A stretch of DNA of 38,474 nt from Octopus bimaculoides (GCF_001194135.2 NC_068982.1:50089065-50127538); one strand, 5' to 3'. Positions 21,691 to 32,085 are shown, counted from the first letter of the stretch. The notes: generated by a model not told the origin, from the letters alone. Program-made: numbers and translations.

Positions 21691-21904
21691 ATTTCTTTAC
21701 TACCCACAAGGAGCTACACACAGAGGGGACAAACGGATTTAGTCGATTATATCGACCCCAGTGCGTAACTGGTACTTATTTAATCAACCCCGAAAGGATG
21801 AAAGGCAAAGTCGACCTCGGCGGAATTTGAACTCAGAATATAGTGGCAGACGAAATACCTCTAAGCATTTCGCCCAGCGTGCTAACGTTTCTGCCAGCTC
21901 ACCG
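21691..21904 (-). mobile_element. SINE family C (young copy)
   Basis: Near-identical to 10001-10229. Confidence 0.9.
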
Positions 21905-22386
21905 TGTGTGTGTGTGTGTGTATGTGCATGCACCCTTTTCTTGAGAAGGTATACTAATTGTAAATAAACCTCACCATCATACAAGTGGTGTAATTTGTTT
22001 TCAACCTTCTACATAAACATGTCCATTGTGCCCTTTCTTGTTGTAAAGACTAGGGAAACTATTACCTTATTTGAGAACAAGTTGTGGTTGGCAACAGAAA
22101 AAATCATTTGGTTATTGAAAGAAAATCTGCCTCAACAAATTTTATCTGACCCATGTAAGTATGACAGAGAGGCTGCTAAAATGAGGATATTTTTGTTTTT
22201 TAAGATAGTTATGTATTCATGTGGGTGTGGTTTAAGGAAGATATGGTTGGCATTTTTAGCTGGTCAACTAACCATTAGATGCTCTGTCTTTATGTTAATG
22301 CCAACCATTTCTGCAGCAGTCAGCAATCAAGAGTAATTCAGATCTACAGTAAACTAAGATTAAAATATAAGTAGTTATAAGTTATA

Positions 22387-22544
22387 AATGACTGAGTCTA
22401 TTTATAGTTTCCACTTCTATAATGTTACTGACCCTGCTGGAAATAGCAACCAAATCTCCACTAAATCATACTCTACTGTCTTTGATAATAATGGATACTT
22501 TAGACAGTATGGCATCTGTACACACATCTTTATATTGAAAATGT
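22387..22544. mobile_element. About 155-bp dispersed repeat (second copy at 24191-24343)
   Basis: AATGACTGAGTCTATTTATAGTTTCCACTTCTATAATG...ATCTTTATATTGAAA present twice with high similarity. Confidence 0.8.
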
Positions 22545-23220
22545 TACAATTGAAACCAGCATTATTGTTTGTACAGTTTTGCTTTTATTGCTACCTATGT
22601 TTTGATAGTTTATTTATTTTGTTTTAATTATTGTTGGTTTCCATTTTTGTACTCTGTGACCTTTTTGGACAGCCAGCTGATTCCATTGAAATTAATTTAA
22701 ATCTATTCATGTGGCCATTACTTTCCTCTTTGATGGATGAGTCAATTGATAATTTGACGTAATCAGCTTGTTTATCTCATCATTGCCTCTTTGCTCCTTT
22801 CAACAATAACAAGAATCTAAAAGGAGAGAGAGAGAAAGAGAGAGAGATGCTAGTCTGGTGCTGAATTCAGTTTTATACAAGCATACTCTTTTGTCATTAA
22901 GTGGACATCAGTTCCTTTCTCAGTGCAATTGTTTGTATTGTTTAAAACTCCTTCTGGACAATTTTCATTCAGTAACATTGACATCAGACAGTAACTGTGA
23001 TGACAATAGCAACATCAACACTAACACAACATTTTCAGTATTCTAATTATATTATTTTGTTTATATTTTTTTTGTTTGTTTCTTCCACATTAAAAAAAAA
23101 ATTTTCTGTCCTTCTATGAACTCCTTCTCTGCAGCCTCTGTTTTCTCTATTTGTAAATTATATATAATTATTATTGTTGTTTTTATTATTAACTAAAGAA
23201 ATCATTATCATTTATTTAAT

Positions 23221-23620
23221 TAAGGTTGTGAGCTGGCAGAATCGTTAACATGCTGAACAAAATGCTTAGTGGCATTTCATGCATCTTAATGTTCTGAGTT
23301 CAAATTCTGGTGAAGTTCGCTTTGCCTTTCATCCTTTCAGGGTCAAAAAATAAGTACCAGTTGAGTGCTGAGGTTGATGTAATCACCTTACCTCCTCTCT
23401 CAAAATTGCTGACCTTTGTGCCAACATTTGAAATCATTATTATTTATTTATTTAATTAAGGTGGTAAACTAGCAGAATTGTTAGCATGCTGGACAAAATG
23501 GTCAGCAGCATTTACTTTGTCTTTGCAGTCTGAATCCAAATTCCACCAAGGTTGACTTTCATCTTTCGGGGTTGAAAAAAAAAGTACGAATTGAGCACTT
23601 AGGTTGATGTAAATGACTTA
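23221..23620 (+). mobile_element. Two tandem SINE family C copies
   Basis: GAGCTGGCAGAATCG...GAGTTCAAATTC...GCCTTTCATCC at 23221; repeated from 23458. Confidence 0.8.
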
Positions 23621-23847
23621 TCATGACTTAGCATGGGACCACCAAATCACAAGACCAAACAAGGTCAAAATCATGTGATTTGGTGGTCTCATCACTAAAG
23701 GTAGCAGGGATTTACCTCACTGCTAGCAATATAAACAAGAATGCATTTTCCACTAAAAAGCCAATATGAAATTTTTCTCTCGTGGTAACTACCACAGTGT
23801 AGTTTATTCTAATGTAACACCATGTTTAAATGGGGGTAATTATTACC

Positions 23848-24474
23848 TCTACCTGTTTTATGATCAGATTGGCCAGAGTTGGCCTCTCACACCTACCCTA
23901 CAATGTGATTCTAAAAATAAACAACCACATCATCAAAATCTTTAAACCTTAAGCGTTTAAACTAACCATATCTGACCATAATATTCTACTTGTTTTATGT
24001 TCAAATTGGCCAGAGCTGGCCTCTGGCACTTACCCTGCTATGTGATTCTAAAAATAAACAGCCACTTCATTAAAATCTTTAAAAATCTAAGCATTTAAAC
24101 CAGCCATATCCAGCCAAAATATTCAACCTGTTTTATGTTCAAACTGGCCAGATCTGGCCTATCATGTCAACCCCCACAATGTGATTCTAAAATGACTGAG
24201 TCTATTTATAGTTTCCACTTCTATAATGTCACTGACCCTGCTGGAAATAGCAACCAAATCCCCACCAAATTATGCTCTACTGTCTTTGCTAATAATGGAT
24301 AGTTTAGACAATGTGGCATCTGTACACATATCTTTATATTGAAAATGTGATTCTAATAGTAAACAGTCACATCATTGAAATCTCCTAGCTTCAATGTAAT
24401 GCATGATTAATTCAAAACAATGTGAAGAAATAAACATCACATTTGACAGAGTAATCTGAATGCTAAATGGTTAA
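23848..24474. mobile_element. TTAA-type MITE derivative: three tandem internal units (period 137-138 bp), one insertion, one right terminus
   Basis: AC(C/T)TGTTTTATG at 23851, 23988 and 24126; ends GAATGCTAAATGGTTAA at 24474. Confidence 0.75.
24191..24343. mobile_element. 153-bp insertion with a 13-bp target-site duplication
   Basis: AATGTGATTCTAA at 24178-24190 and 24344-24356 flanks the same sequence found at 22387. Confidence 0.8.
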
Positions 24475-24542
24475 GCAGGAACTAGTTGTATTAGATCTGC
24501 AATTTCAAGCTGATCATTGTGAGAGAGATGAGGTGTTTATCA

Positions 24543-25304
24543 GAAGCCAGTATGCTCCGTTGGATGTGTAATGTCAATGTGAATACCCGTCAGAGTGTAA
24601 GTATCTTGAGAGAAAAGCTGAACATTAGAAGCATCAGTTGTGGCGTGCAAGAGAGACGATTGCGCTGGTATGGACATGTGGTGAGAATGGAGGAGGATAG
24701 CTGCGTGAAAAAGTGCCACACCCTAACAGTTGAGGGAACCCGTGGAAGAGGTAGGCCCAGGAAGACCTGGGCTGAGGTGGTGAGGCAAGACCTTCGTACA
24801 TTGGGCCTCACCGAGGCGATGACTACGGACCGAGACCTTTGGAAATGGGCTGTGCGTGAGAAGNNNNNNNNNNNNNNNNNNNNNNNNNNNNNNNNNNNNN
24901 NNNNNNNNNNNNNNNNNNNNNNNNNNNNNNNNNNNNNNNNNNNNNNNNNNNNNNNNNNNNNNNNNNNNNNNNNNNNNNNNNNNNNNNNNNNNNNNNNNNN
25001 NNNNNNNNNNNNNNNNNNNNNNNNNNNNNNNNNNNNNNNNNNNNNNNNNNNNNNNNNNNNNNNNNNTGGCTTGTGCGGGTGGCACATAAAAGACACCATT
25101 TCGAGCGTGGCCGTTTTCGTGCGGGTGACACGTAAAAGCACCCACTACACTCTCTGAGTGGTTGGCGTTAGGAAGGGCATCCAGCTGTAGAAACTCTGCC
25201 AAATCGGACTGGAGCCTGGTGTTGCCATCCGGTTTCACCAGTCCTCAGTCAAATCGTCCAACCCATGCTAGCATGGAAAGCGGACGTTAAACGATGATGA
25301 TGAT
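24543..25304 (+). mobile_element. Young 5'-truncated RTE LINE: intact ORF C-terminus, gap, 3'UTR
   Basis: EASMLRWMCNV...QERRLRWYGHVVRM...VEGTRGRGRPRKTWAEVVRQDLRTLGL...DRDLWKWAV without stops; CpG-rich; tail GCATGGAAAGCGGACGTTAAACGATGATGATG. Confidence 0.93.
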
Positions 25305-25719
25305 ATTATGAAGGAAATCATTGAAAAACTATTTACAGATCACTAACTACAAATTCTAAGTCCTTTAATTTGAAGACAGTTTCAGCCTCAAAGCTTTTTT
25401 CTGCTTTATAACTCTCATCTTGTTTTTTGAAGTGAATTTGTGAAAATAGAGTATGAAAACATTTCTTATTATGATAACTCAGAGCAAGAAATCAAACCTA
25501 AAAAAAACCCAACTCAAGATGTTTTCCTCTAAAAAGCAAACAGGATTCTTTCTCATAACTATAACTTTTTTTTTTAATATGTCACTGAGTTCTGTGCTGG
25601 TGAATTATATTATTATTTAAGTAAACGAAAAATAAAACCCTGTTTAGTATTATTTTGTTTTTAGTGGGGCGGGGTGGGAATTGCGAGTGTGTTTATGTAT
25701 ATTTTACTTGTGTGCGCGG

Positions 25720-25857
25720 AGGAGAGTAAGTGTATGTATATACACAGACACATGTACACATATTGTCATATATGCATATATATATATATATATATATATA
25801 CAGACATATTCATACATAGATATAGACACACACACACACACACACACACATATAGAT

Positions 25858-25899
<42 letters not shown>

Positions 25900-25980
25900 T
25901 CATATATACATACATATAGATACTCATATATATACATATACATACACACAAACTTATACATATATTTATATACATACATC
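25720..25980. repeat. (AT)n/(CA)n compound microsatellite
   Basis: Directly visible. Confidence 0.9.
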
Positions 25981-26226
25981 TGTAGTTGTAGTTATAGTTA
26001 TGAAGAGATAAATGATGTTAATTGGAGATATGAGAAAGCACAATATTCAATAGAATCAGGAGAGGATAAGGGTTGGGGGCGTTAAAAATGTCAAGTGTTT
26101 GATGAGCGGCACATTAAAAGCAAGCACTACACATACATATATAGCATAATACTTTGTCAGAGGGTTTGTGTAAGATACTCAGTCATGCTGATACTTCACT
26201 TTGATCTTAACTAGAAGACCAAGAAG

Positions 26227-26390
26227 GTGCAAGCGGGGTTGTGTAGTTAAGTGGTTTGCTTCTCATCCATGTGGTTTCAGGTTCAGTCCTGTCTCATTTG
26301 TCACCATGGGAAAATGCCTTTTACTGTGAACCCACATTGGCAAAAACCTTGTGAGTGAATTTGTTAGGTAGAAAATAAATGCAGTCTGTC
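26227..26390 (+). mobile_element. Degenerate SINE family A head
   Basis: GGTTTCAGGTTCAGTCC, AAAACCTTGTGAGTGAATTTG. Confidence 0.6.
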
Positions 26391-27026
26391 ATGTGTGTGG
26401 GGGGGAAGGGGTTGTATGTATTCACATGTCTATGTGTATTTGTTTGTACTTGCGCTTCTCCAAAAATTGCTCAGCAACAAACTGTGACGTTGTTTATTTT
26501 CATCATCATCATCATCATCATCTACCGGCTTTATGATTTGAAGACATGTAAAAATAAGAGATCCCTTTCTTGAAAAACAGCTAAGAGTTAGCGACAGGAA
26601 GGGCATCTGGCTGTAGAGCATCACTTCAAAACTATATCCTTCTAACTTATGCAAGCATAGAGAAAAAGGATGTAAAAAGCACGAGTGCTAATGGGTCAAT
26701 TTGACATTTCATCATTCTTTTATTAAGGTACCAAAAGCAATTGCTCACATGATGGGCTTTCTGTATGCTTTCAACCAATTTCTCTCATGCTTGTACTTGT
26801 CCAGAGTTTGGTGATTTCTTGAATAGCTAGCTGCCTTAATATTAGTCTCACAGCAATACATAAACTGCAACTTTGGCGTCTATTTTTGTAAAGTTTATTT
26901 CTTTTTTAGTATCTTCCATTTTTTATATGCTTATTCAAGATTGTCAATTCTTTCAAGTTTAGTTATATGCCACCTTTCTCTGTTCTTGAAATTAGACAGG
27001 TAGTTATGGTACCCTATCTATTAGGA

Positions 27027-27073
27027 AACCCAGACATCGATGCTTCGAGTGTATTGACTCTTATCAATGAGAC
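27027..27073 (-). ncRNA. Minimal type I hammerhead-like motif, U3:A8 core (copy 1; A15.1>G)
   Basis: GTCTCA-TTGATAA-GAGT-CAATAC-ACTC-GAAG-C-ATCGAT-G-T-C-TGGGTT. Confidence 0.6.
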
Positions 27074-27180
27074 GTACCTAAGAGAGGCAACTCTAAACCA
27101 GCTTAATAAAGCCATAAGCTATATGATATAATTCAGTCAACACATTGACTGATATGTGCAAGTAGATCGGCCAACCTAGG

Positions 27181-27582
27181 TAAATAACAAAGTGTCAGTG
27201 CTAAGCAGTGTGCAAGAATGAATAGAATTAGGTTAAGTTGAAATATGTTTATCACATATTTATACTGCTAAAAGGCAAATACACTGCAGTTACCATAGAG
27301 AATAAATTTCTCTTATTGTAAAATGGTGTGAAAACACCCTGTTCGATAAGTGTTGCTGTCTATTAGGAATCCCAGACTTCGATGTTTCGAGTTTATTGAC
27401 TCTTTCCAACAGACGGTGACACTGAACGATCAGGGTGTTTTCACACCTTTCTACCATAAGAGAGATTTATTCTCCACTGTAACTGCAGTGTATTTGCCTT
27501 TTAGCAGTTGAAATATGTCACAAACATGTTCCGTCTTATATAATTCTGCTCATATTTACACACTATTTAGCACTGACACTTC

Positions 27583-27586
<4 letters not shown>
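27181..27586. repeat. Long imperfect inverted repeat (arms about 27181-27354 and 27418-27586), Penelope pseudo-LTR-like
   Basis: ACTGCTAAAAGGCAAATACACTGCAGTTAC...GGTGTGAAAACACCCTG on the left matches the reverse complement of the right arm; similarity extends outward to AAGTGTCAGTGCTAA. Confidence 0.85.
27369..27414 (-). ncRNA. Minimal type I hammerhead-like motif, U3:A8 core (copy 2; A6>G)
   Basis: GTCTG-TTGGAAA-GAGT-CAATAA-ACTC-GAAA-C-ATCGAA-G-T-C-TGGGAT; direct repeat of copy 1 at 342 bp. Confidence 0.55.
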
Positions 27587-27614
<28 letters not shown>

Positions 27615-27616
<2 letters not shown>

Positions 27617-27819
27617 AACGATGTACTTGCATAGCAAGTGACCTGATCTGAGATTGTGTGCTGGAACGAAAACAATTGCAGCGTGGAAGGTGTTTATAAG
27701 CCATTTAAACTAACACACAGAAGCCGTTAGATTCACTTCAACATTTAAATTTGATTCGTCAAAATATTTTCGTCGCTTTGACACCACGACTTGTTCACTG
27801 ACAAAAATTCTGTGCCGCA

Positions 27820-27823
<4 letters not shown>
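27615..27823 (-). mobile_element. 209-bp CpG-rich element embedded in (TA)n, probably a Penelope-like terminal fragment
   Basis: Flanked by (TA)n on both sides (27586-27614 and 27824-27854); carries a hammerhead-like motif. Confidence 0.55.
27755..27805 (-). ncRNA. Minimal type I hammerhead-like motif with G3:C8 swap and an extra A after A9
   Basis: TTTGTCA-GTGAACA-A-GTCGT-GGTGTCAAA-GCGAC-GAAA-ATAT-T-T-TGACGAA: stem I 7 bp, stem II 5 bp, palindromic AATATT stem III. Confidence 0.65.
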
Positions 27824-27858
<35 letters not shown>

Positions 27859-28268
27859 TGTGCGTGTGTGTGCGTGCGCTAGCACATTTACATATGAAGA
27901 TGAAAGTAGTGCAAAACTCATGTCAGGAAATAAGCATGCATGTTTTGTAAGACATATCTCCTATTGACATATACTCTATTGAGCACTCTTTTCTCATTTA
28001 TTCAGTGGCAGTGTATGTATGTATGTATGCATATATGTGCATATGTGTGTCTGTGTATGTAATCTTAACAGTTTTATCGCAGACATTGTAATTTTCATGA
28101 TGTCTTTCATTCTCTCCCAAGTCTACTTAGCTTAGGAAAGATTGAGTTAATCATATTTTATGTTATGATGCCCTGACATGTCCAGTTCGTGCCTCTTCAA
28201 ATCTATCCTTTTATTCACATTTCTCCCTACTTATTTTCAAATCCTGCCAACTGACAACCACCCTGCAG

Positions 28269-28331
28269 GTATTATTAACTTTCGCTGTACTAGTTCTAAT
28301 GGCTCCTTCATTCCTTGCCAAACTCTTACTT
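28269..28331 (+). CDS. Candidate 63-nt exon (VLLTFAVLVLMAPSFLAKLLL in phase 0, or xIINFRCTSSNGSFIPCQTLT in phase 1)
   Basis: Pyrimidine-rich upstream region, CTGAC branch-like motif, CCCTGCAG acceptor, T|GTGAGT donor; non-repetitive region. Confidence 0.25.
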
Positions 28332-29202
28332 GTGAGTAGTTATCAATTGTTTGTGAGAGAGCTGGTGTCTTTCCCCACTCTTCATCTCCCTTATCTCTTA
28401 CTCTTTCTCCCTCTCTCTCTCTCACTCCCTCTCTCTCTTTCACTTCCCTCTCCTTCCCCTCTTCCTTACTCTGTCTCATGCTTCCCACACTTTCCCAACG
28501 ATGACAAGTCACTTCATAACCAACTTTGATAGCATTTGATAATGGCAATTATACTAACATTTTAAGCTCTTATTGGCTCTGCACAGAGCAAAAGATTTGC
28601 AGGAGGCTTGTGCAGGAACTGTGGTACGGGTTTTTATTGCTGACAACAAGACTTCCTTTCTAATTACACCTGATAGAAGTGAGAACATGCCAACTTACTC
28701 CGCCCAACACCCTAAAACTCTCTTTTTCCGCCCACATCCCGAACTTTACTTGCATTGAAGAGAAACAGTCATTTCAGGTGTCTGGTATTGCTAATTAGCG
28801 AACAACAGAATTAAATGGTTTCCTAATATCCCTTGACTTATGAAAACTAGGCTGTAAGACATCTCCCTCTCCCTCTCTCTCTCTCTCTCTCACATTCACC
28901 ATATTCACTATCACTCACGTTTCGTCTTTCCCTCTGTTTCTAGTAGTATATATATGTATGTATACGCCTGTCTGTCTATGAAGCTATCTAGTTATCAATT
29001 ACACTTTGTGTAAGGTCCTCACTTGTGGTTATGTCTTGTTGATAGGTTCTTAAACTGGCTACAGTTCCTCTCAAAGTTCATATCATTCACTTAAAACTTG
29101 GCACCATTTTTGTAACTAACTTCTAATTGGACAGCTGCAGCGTCTTCTATGTAACTAAGTTACACTTTTGTTTTCACAACATATATATATATGTATCTAT
29201 GT

Positions 29203-29254
<52 letters not shown>

Positions 29255-30160
29255 NNNNNNNNNNNNNNNNNNNNNNNNNNNNNNNNNNNNNNNNNNNNNN
29301 NNNNNNNNNNNNNNNNNNNNNNNNNNNNNNNNNNNNNNNNNNNNNNNNNNNNNNNNNNNNNNNNNNNNNNNNNNNNNNNNNNNNNNNNNNNNNNNNNNNN
29401 NNNNNNNNNNNNNNNNNNNNNNNNNNNNNNNNNNNNNNNNNNNNNNNNNNNNNNNNNNNNNNNNNNNNNNNNNNNNNNNNNNATGTTTGTATATGTATGT
29501 ATATATGTGTGTGTGTGAATATCCCAAACTGTGTTCAACTATTATAAGACATTATTCTATCTCTCTTTCCCTCTCTCTATCTCTCTCCCTTCCTCTCTCT
29601 CTCTCTTCCCCCTCTCTTCCTTAATATGTGTATGTATGTGTGTGAAGGAAGGAGCAGTAAAGCTTGGACTCAGCAAGCTGCAAGACAGGGCAACCTGTTT
29701 TATATGGCACCCATATGCCATTCCTATGCAAAAAAACAAGGGAAAGTAGAGATGGGCATTTAAGCCATACAACTCTGTCTATATATATATGTGTGTAAGT
29801 GTGTGTGTGTGTGTTGATACAATATTTATGGCAGAAAACATAATATGACAATAAAATAATTAATAAGAACTCTTTTGAAACACAGTGAGATGATTGAAGA
29901 ACTGGCAGCAATAAAATATGGTAAATGAAGAGACAATAAAGAAGCTATGAATAAAATAGTATAAGTTGGTATATAAGAACTGATAAAGATATTAAAATAA
30001 GGGAAACCACTAATGTTAGAAAAGGTACCTGCTTACCCTGAATTTAATGAGATGGTTTTTGTATTCTACCGGAAAACATTGATAAGGGTTTATTTTTACA
30101 ATTCAGCTCTTTTGAGAAAAATACTCTGCAGTTGATCTTTTTTTTTAATGAACATTGGAA

Positions 30161-30425
30161 GGCACTGACATGACTGTGTGGTGGAGAAACTTGCTTTGCA
30201 ACCATGAGGTTTTGGGTTCTGTCCCATTTGCATGGTACCTTGGGCAAGTGTGTTTTACATAAGCTGCTGGCTGACCAATGCTTTGTGCGTGAATTTTGGT
30301 AGACAGAAACTTTGTGGAAGCCAGTCTTGTGTGTATGTGTGTTTTTGTCCACCCCACCACTACCACACTTGACAACTAATGTTGGCTTATTTACATCCCT
30401 GTAACTAAGTAACCTAACTTAAAAA
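30161..30425 (+). mobile_element. SINE family A, 3'-truncated
   Basis: CATGACTGTGTGGTGGAGAAAC...CCTTGGGCAAGTG...GAATTTTGGTAGACAGAAAC...CACTTGACAACTAATG. Confidence 0.8.
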
Positions 30426-30518
30426 ATAAATATTGGTATCACTTTTAGAAATAATACATTTCTAAATCTCTCAGAGAGATCACTGTGTTCAACTAAACTG
30501 TTCCCAGTGGTATCCTAG

Positions 30519-30519
<1 letters not shown>

Positions 30520-30590
<71 letters not shown>

Positions 30591-30600
30591 GATCATCATT
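30520..30600. repeat. (ATT)n microsatellite
   Basis: Directly visible. Confidence 0.95.
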
Positions 30601-30602
30601 AT

Positions 30603-30793
30603 GGTGGCGAGATGGCAGAATCTTTAGCAGCATTTCATCCGTCTGTGCATTCCAAGTTCAAATTCTGCCAAGGTCGACTTTGCCTTTCATCCTTTCACAG
30701 TTGATAAAATAAGTACCAGTTGAGTACTGGGGCTGATGTAATTAACTATCCTCCACCCCCAAAATTTTAGACCTTGTGCCTATAGTAGAAAGG
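30603..30793 (+). mobile_element. SINE family C
   Basis: GAGATGGCAGAATC...AAGTTCAAATTC...GGTCGACTTTGCCTTTCATCCTTTC...GGCCTTGTGCC-like end. Confidence 0.85.
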
Positions 30794-31075
30794 ATTATTA
30801 TTGTTATGGCTGGGTTCCTACCTAGGCCACAACAACAATGTCCACTCATCACACTTCTCAGTCCAAGATCACTACCTTGAGGTCCTGGATACATTCCAGG
30901 CCAGTGTCAGCAATCAAGTCATTAAAGTAAGTGTGTTGATATTTTCCTCTTCTTACATCACCATGAAGTGGGTTCCACTTGACTAATTTGAAGCTACAAA
31001 TTGAGGGTGATGCACACAGTGACCAGATAGTCACAGCTGTTTTTGCCCGATTCTCTTTCAAATTTTCAGCTGGTC
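30794..31075 (-). pseudogene. C-terminal fragment of a second LINE family (RTE-like, W-x-P-x-H-G-x2-R-R-G motif)
   Basis: KLVKWNPLHGDVRRGKYQHTYFNDLIADTGLECIQDLKVVILD, followed by an (ATA/ACA)n tail. Confidence 0.65.
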
Positions 31076-31459
31076 TCTAGAAAGGCATTCATTTGTCATT
31101 TGTTGTTGCTATTTGACATTTCCTGCCATTCGTAGCATCCTTGTGTAATATTTATTTAGCTCATTTGATAATTTTAAAAAATTAAAAACTCCAGCATGGT
31201 CATAGTCTAAGAATTGAAATGTGTAAAATATTAAAGATTAATCAAAACAAGATAACAAGCCTCCACATATTTACTCCGACTGGTGCATATAGCAACACGA
31301 TTTCCTTCAGTCTCATCCTTTTCTTGATCATCTTTAAGACAAAAAAGAAGTAACAGAAATATTGGTTAATGTATCCCTCGACATACATAGGCTGATAAAA
31401 TGATATGATGGTCACAACTTGAACCGCTTAGATTATAAGTTTGTTTGATCCTTCAGTAT

Positions 31460-31686
31460 GTAACCATTAGCATTTAAACTGGCCATATCTGGCCCAGATA
31501 TTTTACTGGTTTTATATTCAAACCAACCAGATCTAGCCTCTCACATCTATCTTACAATGTCATTCTAAAAATAAACGATCACAGCTTCAAAATCTCTAAG
31601 TTAGAAGATAATGCAGGATTAATTCAAAACAATGTGAATAAATAAACATTGCATTTTGCAGAATAATTCAAGTGCTAATGGGTTAA
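31460..31686. mobile_element. TTAA-type MITE
   Basis: TAACCATTAGCATT...GTGCTAATGGGTTAA; a second partial copy follows (31687-32390), split by a SINE. Confidence 0.75.
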
Positions 31687-31784
31687 GGCCATACCCAGCC
31701 CATATATTCTACCTGTTTTATGTTCAGACCAGCCAGATGCAGCCTCTCACATCTATCTTACAATATCATTCTAAAAATACACAA

Positions 31785-32046
31785 TAGGTGCAGGAGTGGC
31801 TGTGTGGTAAGTAGCTTGCTTACCAACCACATGGTTCTGGGTTCATTCCCACTGCGTGGCACCTTGGGCAAGTGTCTTCTACTATAGCCTCGGGGCGACC
31901 AAAGCCTTGTGAGTGGATTTGGTAGACGGAAACTGAAAGAAGTCCGTCGTACATATATATATNNNNNNNNNNNNNNNNNNNNNNNNNNNNNNNNNNNNNN
32001 NNNNNNNNNNNNNNNNNNNNNNNNNNNNNNNNNNNNNNNNNNNNNN

Positions 32047-32085
<39 letters not shown>

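Noticed and set aside
22673-22758. Plus-strand exon candidate PADSIEINLNLFMWPLLSSLMDESIDNL
   Set aside because: Weak donor (GTAATC) and no other support.
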